Shown in pieces: positions 38,837 to 53,745 of a stretch of DNA of 64,000 bases. A program made the position numbers and the translations under genes. Below the pieces are notes generated by a model. The model was not told where the DNA came from. It saw nothing but the letters and a program-made list of their open reading frames with translations, and did no database searches. Within the stretch, counting starts at the first letter, position 1; each line of letters starts with the position of its first letter. The stretch comes from Octopus vulgaris (taxonomy: Eukaryota), in NCBI GenBank assembly GCA_951406725.2, contig OX597818.1, positions 7,688,001-7,752,000 on the forward strand, in the 5' to 3' direction.

Positions 38837-39457
38837 TCATTCTAAATGAAATTGTTCATTGTGGTCTTTTAAATCCCAAATCAGTTTGCTGAGACCGGTA
38901 CTATTACGTTTATTTCTATCCCTAAATGTTGAGTAATGGATAGAAATTATTTTAGATAACTCTAACGATGTGCTTCCAATGTAAAATCGTACTTTATTAC
39001 GAGTACTGATTATACACTGGTATATAGAATTTTTAATCTTAGAGTTACTTGACATAAACTTAATTCTATTATAATTGACTTCAGATACAATAACCTTGTT
39101 ATTAATATTTCTAGAGGGTTGGGTGTTATTAGCTAATTTAATGTTAGTATTAGTAAATGTATTAATATTTAACAGTTTGTTATTATGTGAAGAGATAATT
39201 TGCAAGAGATTTTTTGTGTTTGAAAAACCTATCCTAACCTTATGTGAATTGATAATAGAGTAGTATCTAGAATTGTTTGGAAAATTCCTAGCAATAGCTT
39301 GACGAAACAGCAGTGGGAGATTAGATTTAATTTGTTTCCCGTAAGGAATTATTAACCAAATATTTTTACTAGTATTCATAACGTAATTACTTTTGAAGGT
39401 GTTATATTTACTTTTAGATCGATAATAGGGTATTAAATAAGAGTTATCTGCCTTCAT
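38837..39457 (-). pseudogene. PLE linker plus GIY-YIG endonuclease
   Basis: IYQCIISTRNKVRFYIGST; premature TGA where the 63588..63788 copy has Trp. Confidence 0.85.
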
Positions 39458-39971
39458 TCGCTTTGTATCGGTGCGTAAGTTATGTTTGTTATCAATAATT
39501 CTTTTACGACGAGAAATCTTATCAACATTATTGAATTTACAATTAGACTGAGCAGAATCAATGTAGAAAGTTTTCTCTGTATAACCTGCTTTAATTAAGG
39601 CAGAGTTATAGAATTCGGCGTTATTATTGAAAATATCAACATTAGCAGATAATTGTTTACTTTACCTCCAAAATGTTTCCAACCAAAAGGTACAAAAAGT
39701 TAAGAATAGTTTAGTTAATTTGTCATATGGTATCGAAATTGAGAGAATCAACCATTCTAAATGAAATTGTTCATTGTGGTCTTTTAAACCCCAAATCAGT
39801 TTGCTGAGACCGGTAATATTACGTTTATTTCTATCCCTAAATGTTGAGTAATGGATAGAAATTCTTTAAGTACATTAGCAAATTTAGTAATCATACTGGA
39901 GCAATTACTAAGAACTTAGTTAAGAATATTTCATTTAGATTATCTAAATTATCTGCTAATGTTGATATTGT

Positions 39972-40042
<71 letters not shown>

Positions 40043-40116
40043 TCCTGCTAGATATGTAGGTCTTAGCTACTTAGTATTCCTCTTCATTAATTTGTCCGTT
40101 CTATTAGCCCGAACTA

Positions 40117-40851
40117 TTAGATTGTCTTCCATGAAATGTCGCATTGGGGATTGTGGGTAGTGTTTTAGTGACTCTCCTCTATCTAACAACTGCCCTGTCT
40201 TCCTGCTGTTATTAAAAAGTATCCCTTTCTCATCACACACAATGAGTCGATACAAAAATGGTTCACTTTCCACCCAAGAAATCAACATGGAACACACTGT
40301 AATGCGTCTGCTTCTTTGAATCTCATTTAGTTGATGGGGAACAAACCTATCCTTTTTTTCGACACTTCCAATTCTCTTCAAGTGTCGAGAAGCAGCTGCG
40401 GGAGATGTCTGGAGCTGTGATCCGATTTCTTGGACAGTTGTTCTCGGATTTCGTTTAACCAAAACACTCCATTCATCATGCGAAATAGTTGATTTTGGAC
40501 TACTCCTTGGTTCATTTCTAAGGTTTTCATTTTCTGAACGAACTCTTTGGAACACTCTCTGAACAGTTCTAATGTGAACAGAATCGTTACCAAAATCCCG
40601 CTTGATGTTTCGTACAACTTCTGTTGCAGAGTGACCCAATTTATATTCGTACAAGAAAATCACTTGGTATTGTTCAGTTGTCAACATTGTCATAACAGCT
40701 GTGGATAGCAATTTTGAATAATAGTATTATCTAGAAAGAAAATAGTTAAGAGTAAGCACAAGCATATATATAGAAAATCATTAAAAATCCATTTATAAAT
40801 GACTCATAAAAAACCCATTTAAAATAGGACATTTCATGTGAGACAACCTAC
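40117..40851 (-). mobile_element. Internally deleted mariner with both TIRs
   Basis: TA-flanked ~24-bp TIRs TTAGATTGTCTTCCATGAAATGTC / GACATTTCATGTGAGACAACCTAC; ORF with FLYEYKLGHSATE, FVPHQL, VCDEK. Confidence 0.9.
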
Positions 40852-42594
40852 TATATCCAATAGAGTAGTTTTCACCTTTGTGTATGGTATTATTTAGACC
40901 AAAACTATTCTATAAGATTCTTATGCTATAGTTCAGCATAAAAGCTGCTTCTTTTCTTAGGACTTAATGATCTCCATACGACTTACTACGTGTACATTCT
41001 GCGAATTAATTCTTCCTCATCTGAATATTTTTATTTTGTAACATTATTAAATGCTGTTTTTCTTGGATATGAATTTTATATTTTAGATATACAGCATGCA
41101 TGTTTGTAGTAAAGATGAAGATGATCCAAGATTTGGAATACTACATAATTTCTTCCTTCATAATTAACAGAATGTTGCCGATATCTATCATTTTTCTATT
41201 TATTTTTTTATATATTAATTTATTCTATTAATTTACTAAGTTGAGTATTAAGGAATTTCAGCCAGCATCACTTTCCAAAAATTGCATTAATTATAAGCTA
41301 GTTCCAAATATAGACTCCTATTCAATATTATCTATTGACCATCAATAAGAAATTTTTTCTGCTCTCTATTATAGCTATCCTTTTCTATACTATTAACATA
41401 GATTTTCTTCCTTACTTAATAATATTCTTCCTTCTTAGCTTATCTTTACTCCTTAATATATATTACTTCAGCTCAAAGTCCTGTTGGCGGTCTGAAGAGC
41501 TGATACATTTCGTAGGTGTGTTTTGTTTACTTGCTACAGTTCTTTTCTTTTCTCTATATACAAAATATTATTTTAGTTTGTTTATGATATAATTCAGTTT
41601 CCTCTTCTCCTTAAAATGTTGCTTTAAGGTACGTATTTTTACGAAAAGTTGTTTGATAAATTCGTTCTAATTAGATTAGTCCAGTACCGTCCAGAAACGT
41701 TCATATGCAACGGGAAAATATTTGCTGCTGGGGAAAGGAATAGATATATTATTAATAAGCATCTAAACTTAGAGCTCCTTTCTCATGAATTACTTTAGTT
41801 TCCAATTAATAACATAGGCGCTACAGGTAATGCATTGAGTAACAAAGATGATATTTGCATTTTTTTTACTAGGGGTTGTTTTTCTCTTCTATATTCCATT
41901 GAGATTACATTTCAAGTACCGTCATAGATGTCGGATATTCTTTTCCACGGTTTATTCATAAATGCTTATAAATTTTGCTTCGCATCCTAATTCAGTTAAG
42001 GATGTCTATCGCAATACCGTTTGATTTAATATATCTTCTTTTCTGTTAGGATATAAATGTATATCTAATTTCATTGTTATATTTGCCCTAATTAATTTTT
42101 CATTCCAGATAAAGAAAAAATATAAAAAAGAAACGCCGAACACTCATACAGGTAAACACACACACGCATACACACAAGCGCATGATTTATAATTTTATTT
42201 GATAAACACTGTGTTCTTGTCATGTAATGGTCAAATACTGTAACCATGACAATAGGGAACATTAACTATTATTTTCTGGCTCATATGTTTGTTCATATAT
42301 CTTTCATTTAATTTTCAAGTTAACTGCGACAAAGACTGTTTTTACTATATTTTACAAGAACAATTACTTCTGTTGATTCGAATAACTCAGAATTTACTCC
42401 GATACTCCTTTTCATGGAACTAGTCTCAATTTAAACGTATGTTCAAACTTGTAGTCCCAAAATACTTGCTCTTGCTCTTGTAAAACATTCCAGAGAAACT
42501 AAGACTCCTTAGGACACATTAGTTAATTTAGCTAATTTAATTCACAGGTAAATGCAGACTTGACTGGTGTCAATGAAAATGCCATCTATTCAGA

Positions 42595-43217
<623 letters not shown>

Positions 43218-43824
43218 ATGTGTGTGTGTACATGAAGTGTTATAACAGTCTAACTATTGAGAAAAAAAACGTCATATTCCTCGGTATTCAACGAGCATAT
43301 TCTTGTGAAGTAAATTTTGGCTTTCATTATTATATTATATAGCTAGACATGAGACGTTATTCCATTTTTGTTTTTCTTGAAACATTTTATATTATGTCTC
43401 TATGATAGCAATTTACAATATTCTGTCTCTCCTTGATAAAACTTATGGATTTACTGTTAGGAATGGAAATATTTATAGTGGCTACTATGAAAGTGATATA
43501 AACTGTAGCTATGACATGAATACGTAAAAAATGAATATATCTTCCACCATCCAAGAATTATGGAGTGTCTATTATAACAATGTCAACTTAAAGATGAAAA
43601 TCTACTTAATCATGTTCTTTTAGTTGATGGAGGATGAGAGAAAGAAACAATAATTATCATTGAAACATATCGTAGCTTGAAACACGTAGCAATGAATACA
43701 CTTCAAAACCTCATCTAAAGCCGTATATGCGTGTATGCGTGCATGTGTCTGTGTGTGTATCTATATGAATGCACACACATATATATGTGTGTGCGTGCGT
43801 ATATATATATATATATATATATAA

Positions 43825-43880
<56 letters not shown>

Positions 43881-43977
43881 GCAAACACACTCACAAATAC
43901 ACACTCTCACAGACACACTCACGCACATACACACATACATATATATATATACATGCCTATACCCATACATACATACA

Positions 43978-44067
<90 letters not shown>

Positions 44068-44449
44068 TGTGTATAACACTCAGTTTTATATGTATTCATT
44101 TACAAGTGTTTGAGAGTCAGTGCATTGACAGCAAGTTCAAAATATGTTCGCATTCGTTAGAATCCTTTACGCTTTTGAATCGATAACTCTTCGAACAATT
44201 ATTAATTTTTATTAATTTTTATCGTTCTTCGAAATAAAATAAGAGTCCTTCCAAATATCAGCTTAATTGTGGTATCGAAATAAAGTAGAGTATAAATGCT
44301 ACGTTGAAATTTACTTAATTCGTCTGTTGGATTTGCGTGGCCGAGTTGCTGACTTTTAGACAGTTAAACAAGGATATCTTATTTTCAGACTGTAGGTATA
44401 GTCGAAGATATTTGCCCAAGCAGCAGTAGAAAATAGGTTTATACACACT

Positions 44450-44505
<56 letters not shown>

Positions 44506-45171
44506 TGTGTGTGTAAGTATGTATATATATATATATATATATATAACGAAAATAACGAAAATAACGTAACTTAAATTGTATGAATGGTCAAAACAGCAAA
44601 ATTTTTCAAAATTAATACAAACAGGAAATAAGAGTGAAATAAGTAAAATTCTGTATAACATCGTGGGTTTTACAGATATTTGAAGTTATTCTTGTAAATA
44701 TTTGTAAAGTTCATTCTTGTTTCCATTTCTGCATTAATTTTTGCTATACTGTTAGCGATTAAATTATGGTTAGGTACTAGTTGAACAACATCGTAAATGG
44801 CATGTCATGATTTTGTAAAATAACTATTTCAACAAGTAATTTAGAAGTTATATTTGAGATATATGTTTCGTTTATCTTTTCTTGCTCCACCCTCGTTCAT
44901 ATTTCTCAACGCCTCGACTACATCCTGACAATTGTAAAGAAAAAATAGTACCGAATAGTAAAAGGAAATATGACTCTCGTCGCCATCCGGTATTCTCCTG
45001 CATCAGGAATCCGCCATTACTTCTGATTCATCCATAGTTCATAGTTTCAAGTAATATTAAGGTATTAATGTTATTGTCTGATAACTTAATTTTTTCTATT
45101 TACGTTAGATTCAAGATTTTTTTCCTTCTAAAGGCGTTCTTTAAAATATAAGACATGTGTATATATAAACA

Positions 45172-45251
<80 letters not shown>

Positions 45252-46159
45252 GGTGTAGATGTGTTCTGTTTGTATATGTGTATGTGCGTGTAAGTATGTG
45301 AGCGTCTGTGTGTGTATATATATGATATATATGTATATATATATATACTTACATATGCGTACATGTATATATTATAAAATATGTATATATAAATATACAT
45401 ACAACCGCATGCAAACGGATTTGCACATATATATACTTTTACTTATTGTTGCAATTTATTACTTTTCTTGTTCCCAAATTGCTACTCATCGACAGATGTT
45501 TGGTAATGAGGCAAGTAGTAACACATCTCAAATTTTTCTGTGCTATAGATTTATTTCAATCAATCAGAAACAAATCATAAAGCTAAAGCAATATCAAATT
45601 ACCAAAATATTTTTCCTTTCACACTAGGAGGTTCTTCTAATTTTCCTGCGATTTTCCAGAGACTTTGTGACTCTATCTACAATAAATGACAAGATATACG
45701 AAATACTTTGAATAAAATCGGCTGCCTGATTTTTTGAGACTAACTTCCATCATTATATATCTATCTTTTACTTTTTCTCCTATTCTGGTTTGAGAATAAA
45801 ATAAAATAAATATGTGGTGTAGAATTTCGATAAGAGGTAATTTATACAACGAATTAGATTGAAAATAAGAATATAAACATTTAATATACACTGATTGATT
45901 TTCAGATTATAAGACTTGTATCTGTTTATATTTATATATTTACATTAATTTCTGTTTTCGTCTGTAATAAGTGATTTTCAGTTGCTCAACTGTGTAAAAA
46001 AAAATTAGGGAAAATATACATTAAGTGTTTCACATAAGTTTCAGCTACCTTATCTGTTTATGACGTTTATTTATTTTCTTGATAATATATTTCATGCTGT
46101 TGATGTTGATGTTTTTGTTGTTTTTCTAGCTGCTGCTGCTGCAAATACTACTACAACAA

Positions 46160-46237
<78 letters not shown>

Positions 46238-49200
46238 CATATATTTATCCATATGTGTTTACTCGCTTCCGAGAATATATGCTGAATTTTGTTGAAAATA
46301 ATTTGTTCGCATTAATTTTTGTTGGAACCTAACTATGCACCCACACTCCTCCCACCTAATTCCTTATGTAGATGAAGGATTGGTAAGTCGTTCCCTGAAG
46401 GGAAAAATGCCCTAGTGTTTATTTGCTTTCGACTGCTTTCTTTTAGCTTTCCCGTGTTAAATCATAGTGTCTTTAATTGTCACAAACTATTTCAGTGAAG
46501 GAGAGCCCCAGACCGTTGTCCGACAATATCAATATCAACAATAAAAAGAACGATGATGACACCACCAACACCACCATTACTATAGATTAAATTCCAGGTC
46601 AAACTGCAACTGCTGTGGCACCAAACGAGCATATCTGTAAAAACCAACATCAGCAACAACAGAAAGAGCAACAGTGAGAGCAAAATCAACAGCAGCAGTA
46701 ACAACGACAATAGAAACTATAACAGCGATAGCAGCTACGAAGACAACAGGAACAACATTAACCATAACAGCAGCACCTGCAGCAACAACAACACCACAAT
46801 AACAAACAACGTAAACGGCAACCAAAATTGTGAGAATAACTGCACATACTAACAATCTCTTGATGGGATGTCACAGAAGGAAAAAAAAAGAAATGAGAGG
46901 AAGTTACAGATTGCCAACGCAGCTAAGATACTATCAGCAAAAGCCTGCAAGATGGCTGCGTATCGCTTTGTGTCAGTTAAAACCCGGCCCATAGAAGTAG
47001 CGATGCGAGCCCAAGTAAAAAGAAACTTGAAAGAAATATGAGGGGAAATGTGTTGAGAATAAAACAGTAGGCTGGCATGAAGCACTCGCACGACAGATCT
47101 TCCATATGTGACAGAGATGTCATCCTCTATCCCTATTATTTTGTTCCCTCAATAAAATCATCCACACTGCAGCCGGCAACACAGCCCCAGCAACTACTCC
47201 TGTATACAGAAGTAACAAGAGCAGTAACAGTACCAACAATAGTAGCAGCAAGGGGAACGAAAACAACAGTAGTACAAACGACAACAGCGGAACTAGCAAC
47301 AAGTACCACACAAAACAGAGCCGCAAACTAGGAAAAAAACCAATCGAACTTCCTCTGTATTTCTCCCCTTCATACCTACCTTCTTGTAAACACACGCAGA
47401 CGTAGAAACACTCGGAAACATATGTCTTCATGTACCCCACCCGTATCAGATTCAAACCACGAGTAAATACCATCTCATGAGAAAGAGGTAAAACCAGATA
47501 ACAAAAACAGACAAAATGACACCACATAAACACAATAACCACACCGAAACCACAGCCACAACAAAGGCAGATACACAGCGTCACTGCCACCGTCGCCATC
47601 ACTTTCAATAGCAACAACAATAAAGAGAAAATACACGCAAGAACAGCACCAGCAAAAGGGCACATAGACACAACAGCAACAACTAAACACACCCACCTTA
47701 AACCTTGAGCTAATAGGGTGTAGAAACAAGAAACTACTATCCTTTATTACAGAGAAGGAATAAATCGAAATAGAAGGAAATGCATTCAGTTCAACACTTT
47801 CATTTGACGCAGTATTTGAAAATAAAATAAGATTAGCCTTGGCGGATGTCAAAGTAGTGAGAGTAAATGTAACTGCAGCAGTATGCACCTGAAAGATTCC
47901 TAAAGAAAATCACTTGTCCAATGGAGCCAGGCAGCCGGTTTCTGGGACAAGATATGGGGTGAGTAAATTGTTTATTTTCCCCACCTTTACCTTGGGACAG
48001 ACATGGTGAACCTATGATTGGATACCATATGTGCAACTGATCTTAGGTCACCCTAGAAGGAGGGTCAGCTGATGAGTGGTCTCATGTCATAGACTTGTAT
48101 GTGATAGTCGTCAGTGATGCCGGGTTTTCCGACACACGCGCCTTAGCACACACTTTTTGTGATTGTAAGATATTATCTAACTTGATTCAGAAATGGTGGC
48201 GGAGTGGTAGTGCTGTTCTGGAAAGACTTAAGCCTGGAAATAAGGCCAATCTTCCTTGACTTTGTGAGTAATATGGTGGGTGTCGACGTGAGCAGTAGCA
48301 ATTGTGATTTAAGATTATTTTCTGTGCATACCTCGAATGGATCTCTTGTGGGCTTTGGAGGTTTTCCTAGGGATTTTCTGATCTTTAGTGTTTGGCGGAA
48401 GAATGGAACGTCAGCTTGAATGCACGTCTGGATTGTGTGTGTCTCTCTGATAGGAGTTAATAAATATCAGATATTATTACGGAGACGTTGTCCGCATAAA
48501 CCGACATGATTCTTCCGTATCCTAGTTCACAAAGATGCCCCTGAAAAACGTTTGCATTACGCAGATTTACGGGCCTATTATTATCTATTTGGTCCCTCTT
48601 GTCCAGGCTTTTCTCAGCAACACATTCAGGTTATTGTTGCCATCTGCTGTAGACATCCACCAAGAGATCACTGAAAAAGTTTGGCATGTGAAGATAAAAC
48701 ACGAAGGGCTGATCATCCAGCTGTTGAGGCTTTTCCCTTCAGTAGCCAGTCATCACATCCCGTATGTCTTCGGTTGGTATTGGCATTTTGCAGAAAAATA
48801 GCATGTGTTGTCAAGGTAGAGCATAAGATCCATCCTGTCCCCGGCTCACCGCGTCTCCGTACAGTCCAAAATTGTCGCTGAGATGCTGCACATATCTGCT
48901 AGATTTGAGTTGCAAGAGACCTTCTCGGCTCATCGAGACCGAAATATGGTCTTGCTTCGTGTCGGCTCATCAGGACAGTCATACGCTGAGTCCACGACAT
49001 TTCAATTGCGTCTTTGACTGAGCAGATGCGTCACCGTTTTTCAGATTCGCTCTTCCACAGCTCGTCTCTGTGACTGAGCTGCAGTTCTGGATCAATCGTA
49101 GACCGATGTGCAGTTCCTGGCACCTGTAGTAATTTCAGGCTCCCAAAATCCTCACACAGTAGTGTGGTCGGTGGAAATTCCACTTAGGCATTCCTTGCAC

Positions 49201-49385
49201 AAATACTAGTGGATCAGTGCGATGACGTTTTCAGGGCGACTCTAGATTTCGACGTGAACCATGTGTCTAGTCTGAGGATTTCGCACTGGGACTTAAAGAA
49301 TTTTTTCCTTAAATATTGCCCTAGGATTAGCCGGGTGGTGGTGGTAATAATAATAATAATAATAATGATAATAATAATAATAATG

Positions 49386-49418
<33 letters not shown>

Positions 49419-49436
49419 CTAATAATAATAATAATA

Positions 49437-49479
<43 letters not shown>

Positions 49480-49499
49480 GGATGATGATGATGATGATA

Positions 49500-49890
49500 C
49501 TTTTATAGGTTCATGTTCATACCATTTATCAGTATGTTCAAATCGTATCTTCCTACATATCTGTGGTTCTAGGAGCTCTTAGTAAACTTTCTTCACTGTT
49601 ACCTAAATAGGCGTCTATATCTCCTCTAGCTCACTCCACGCAATTTTGTACTGATATTAACCCTCTTCCACCTTCCTTTCTAGTTAAGTATAATGTTGCT
49701 ACTCGTCCCCTGTGTGAAGACTTCCATTCATATTGAATTCTTTCCTAGTTCTTTTGTCTCGCTTTGCTACTACAGGTTTCATCCAACCTATAAACGCTGC
49801 TGAGTATCTAAGTATTGATACTGCCCAAGTATTAACAGCTGTCACTAGATTCGCACCATTAGCGTTGATTTCATTGGCTTCTTCACCCTT
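49500..49890 (-). mobile_element. R4/Dong-like fragment (post-RT region)
   Basis: NLVTAVNTWAVSILRYSA; LYLTRKEGGRGLISVQ. Confidence 0.8.
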
Positions 49891-49944
49891 CAATTATTAT
49901 TACTATTATTATTAGTATTGTTGTTGTTGTTGTTGCTGCTGTTG

Positions 49945-49974
<30 letters not shown>

Positions 49975-49979
<5 letters not shown>

Positions 49980-51525
49980 TAGACTTACTTTTATCACGTG
50001 ATTTCACTGCGTAACCGAGTACAGTTCTGTGTGCCTTGGGTACGTGCTGTTGTTTGTTGTGATTCTCTTAATTTCACTATATTGGAAGCGTTTTACGCAG
50101 GACGTGTGCGGTGCCTAGTAATGCTATTTTCTGTATGTTGTATATACTTGTTAAACTTGAGGTTTTTGCTATGTATTTGTCTGAATATTGTTTCTGTTTT
50201 TAGGCTCCATATTCGAATTACCTCTATTTCCAGGACTTTGTACATTTAAAGTTTTTCCGTTTGTTTTAGAGAAACATTGTCATCTGTTGGTATTGATAAA
50301 TCGATTAGAATGCATTTTTCTTCGTGATTTCTGACATCTATATCCGGCCTATTGGTCTTAATTTCTCTATTTGTGTGTATTGGTATATTCTGGAGTATAG
50401 TTCCTTTCTCAATTTCTGTGACCTTTTCTGGCATGTGGGTATGCCATCATTTTTCAGTTATTAGTCCATAGTGTTTGCATACCTTCCAATGTATACAGGT
50501 GAATATATTCTTTTTCAGCCAGAACTGGGCAGCCAGAAACAATATGAATTATTGTTTCTTGTGCATCTCCATATATTCCGCAGTTATTGTTGTATTTTTT
50601 CATTACACGGTTTTGCTACTTTCTGGTGGAGTATTTTGATCTTGTGCTGCAATTTAAAATCTTTCAGTCTCTGCTTTAAGTCTTGAGCTTCTAAAGCCTC
50701 TTTTGGATTTTGATTTGTCTATTTTTTTCTGTTTAGCTGAACCCAATATTTTTCATGAAGGAGCTTTTCTTGCCATTGTTTTATTACGCTGTTCTAGTTT
50801 TAGTTTGGATTTCATTTGTTATACAGTTTTTATTGCTTCTTCCTTTTCTTCATAGTTCTTAGGTACTATGACTTCAGTTTTGTATTCGACAACTTCAAGA
50901 TTGAAAACAATTTCGTGTTTTGTTCATGTTTTGTCGCTTTTTGTATTAGTCTTGAGTTGTTTTCAGTATTAATCTAACTCGTCTATAGTATCCTTTTCTT
51001 ATCCTCTCTGTCATTTGTCTGTATCCTGTATAGTTAATTGATTCTTAAGTATTTGTATGTCTGGTTTTGGTCTAATACTCTTATTGCATTTGCTTTACCC
51101 TGTGTGATGTTGCTACTCTTAACTAGTTTCCTCTTTTCGGGGTTGCTTTGGCGCATTTTTTACTGGATTTAGGAATTGGGATAGTTTTCCCTGCCATAAG
51201 CTATTCAGAAATTGTCTCTGGTTCTTTTAGCAATTCATTAAATTTCTCAACCAGCTTTTTATGTGTTCCTGTTAGGTATTTTAACCATAATTTGGGGATT
51301 TTGACGCGCCTTGGTGTGTTCCAGTTGCTTAGATTTTGCAGTGCTGGGTGATCTCTTTAGTTACTATAAGGTCCAGAGTTGTTAAAGTGCTGCGTTCGTT
51401 GTTTTGATAAATCTTTGCTGAGGTTGTTCCTTCGCCGACCATATGTCTTTCCAGAAATCTGCCACTTCATCTACTGTTAGTGCTTACGCTTAGTTATTTT
51501 TTCTTTTCGTACGTACCTGTGGTAT
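49975..51525 (-). mobile_element. Degenerate, internally deleted R4/Dong-like LINE including its 3' end
   Basis: IHTNREIKTNRPDI, IDLSIP.DDNV; 3' UTR similar to 3200-3297; ends in (AAT)n. Confidence 0.85.
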
Positions 51526-52009
51526 GTGTCACACTTACTTCAAAGGAAGAGGAAAAGATTGAAGGAAGAGGTACAAAGAAACAGAGAAATAAAAGGTGTT
51601 AAGAAGAGGAGGAATAATTGAAGTGAGTGGCAAAACGGGAGAGAGGGGAGGGACAGAAGCAGAGGAAGTATAGTTGAAGTGAGAGTCAAAACAGCAAAGA
51701 TTAGGAAGTAAGAGGGATTGAGTGATTGAGTAAATGAGAGAGAAAGAGTGAGAGAGAGTGGGGGGAGATTGATAGCTCTGAAATTAAGACAAATATAACG
51801 CGTTAAACGCAGGAGGGCAGTTAGAGGCAAGGAGACATGGGAGAGGGAGAGAGAAGGGGAGGAAACAGAAATATTTAAAGAGATAGAGTGAAGGAAAGGA
51901 GTGGATAGAGAATAATAGTGAAAGAGAATGGAATCATTCTCGTATAGAAAACGCCGGAAGACCTTATATAATAAATCCGACATATGATAATTCCGAAAAG
52001 AAATGTTAC

Positions 52010-52150
<141 letters not shown>

Positions 52151-52904
52151 AATCTGACTCTATCACACACACACACACACTCCCTCTGTCTCTTTCTCGG
52201 CAAATATTAATAAATTGTTATTAATATTTTCAGAGCAAACTGCTGCATATATTAAAAGAAAAGTAGATACATAAATCGAAAATAAGTAGAGACATAGATA
52301 CCTACATACATTAAATCAAAAGCGGGAGCGAGGAGTGACACATAGGAAGTGAGAAAGGGAGAGATATATAGATACGTAGACACATTGTAAAATCAAAGAC
52401 AAATAACTACATCAAACGTTGGATGCTGCTTTCACTTTTTATTACCACACTAGGATAAAAGTAACTCGCAAGTGGTTGAGTTCTCCACATACATGCATAC
52501 CATTAACGTATTTCTCAGGGAGATTCAACCTCACACAAGATGTGACCAATCTGGCCCCTTTCAATTACAGCTACAACTCATTTTGGCGAGCTGAGTTGAC
52601 TGGTGCAAGATAAACCTTCAAGTGGTCGGGGGAAAATGAAAAAGATCCTATATAGGGGTAGGAATAACGTTTTATCCGGTGGTAACAGCGGCATTTGTGG
52701 GTCTTACAGATGTGGAGGCCAAGCTTCCAGATAAACACCGATGCACAGGCTGTTATTATCAAACTTAGCGTGAGGCCAGGGCGAAAAACTACTCGACGAA
52801 ATAGCAATTATTTCGTCTTAGCTTTCACAGCTTATACTAAACACATGGTATTTTTGCCTTACGATATGGAACATTTCCTTTTCTTTCAGTCTTTTTTAAA
52901 ATAA

Positions 52905-53218
52905 CGACACCCCGTCGCTAACGAGGACTAGATTCCTGTTTATCTGATTGACAGGACAATCTGCTCGTAAAATTAACGCGCAAGTGGCTGAGTACTCCAC
53001 AGACATGCATTCCATAACGTATTTCTCAAGGAGATTTAGCCTCACACAGAAAGTGACAGGGCTTGCCCCTTTGAACAACTCACTTTTGCCAGCTGAGTGA
53101 ATTGCTGCCAGGTGAAGTAGAGTAACTTGCTCAAGAAGATAGCGCGACGCCGAGAATGGTACACGTGATCTTACGATCATGGGCCGAATACCCCTAACCA
53201 CTGAGCCACACACCTTCA
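52905..53218 (-). mobile_element. tRNA-derived SINE family D (partial second copy at ~52465-52610)
   Basis: Minus strand GTGGCTCAGTGGTTAG A box, CTTGAGCAAG segment; body repeated at 52465-52610. Confidence 0.7.
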
Positions 53219-53745
53219 CTCTCTAAACCGTAGAGAAAAGGAATGAAGTGATAGAGACAGAGAAAGGGATGCACCAGTCATTTGAAATGACAATTAGACC
53301 GAAAAACAATCGTTCTTTTCTAGCTTCTTTACTTTTAACAATGAAAACGGGAGGACATTTAGCAATGAATAGAGAGAAAGTATTTCATGCGTTAACATTT
53401 TCATTCTGGGAGTTCTAGAATGATCGAGTGTTAGTTGTCTCTTCTTAGTTATACTTAGTTGTACTTATTCGCTTCCTTTGATAGTTCTTCGTGTTCATGC
53501 TTTTTTCAAACACATTTAATGTTTTCTCTATAAACTACCAAGAGCGTTCCACTCCCTTCCTTTTTCTCCATACAAAAACTAAGGCAAATTTCAAACGGTG
53601 TTTACCTGTGAAAAGAACTCAGAAGATTGGGAATATCCCCCCAAAAATGGGTTAGGGAGTAACGTCGGCAAACAGTGTCGTCTACTTTCGCCTCGTGAGT
53701 GGATTTGGTAGACGGAAACTGAAACTAGCCCGTCATACATATGTA

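Larger units (their letters stand above)
38367..39975 (-). mobile_element. Penelope-like element (Nematis-like) fragment with rearranged, inverted 5' end
   Basis: LSANVDIFN..AEFYNSALIKAGY; IWLIIPYG; IYQC..FYIGST; NSTGLSKLIWDLK; PY...FCLLC; 39720-39866 duplicates ~38805-38950; 39870-39975 is inverted (YISKFSNH...RLSKLSANVD on +); (TA)n flanks. Confidence 0.85.

Noticed and set aside
38837-38839. TGA as selenocysteine, as in some Naiad PLEs
   Set aside because: The duplicate segment and the 63.7-kb copy have TGG (Trp) here, so it is an ordinary nonsense mutation.
46490-47700. Thr/Gln-rich or hydrophobic ORFs resembling a mucin or membrane protein
   Set aside because: Decayed (CAA)/(CAG) low-complexity DNA with stops in all frames.
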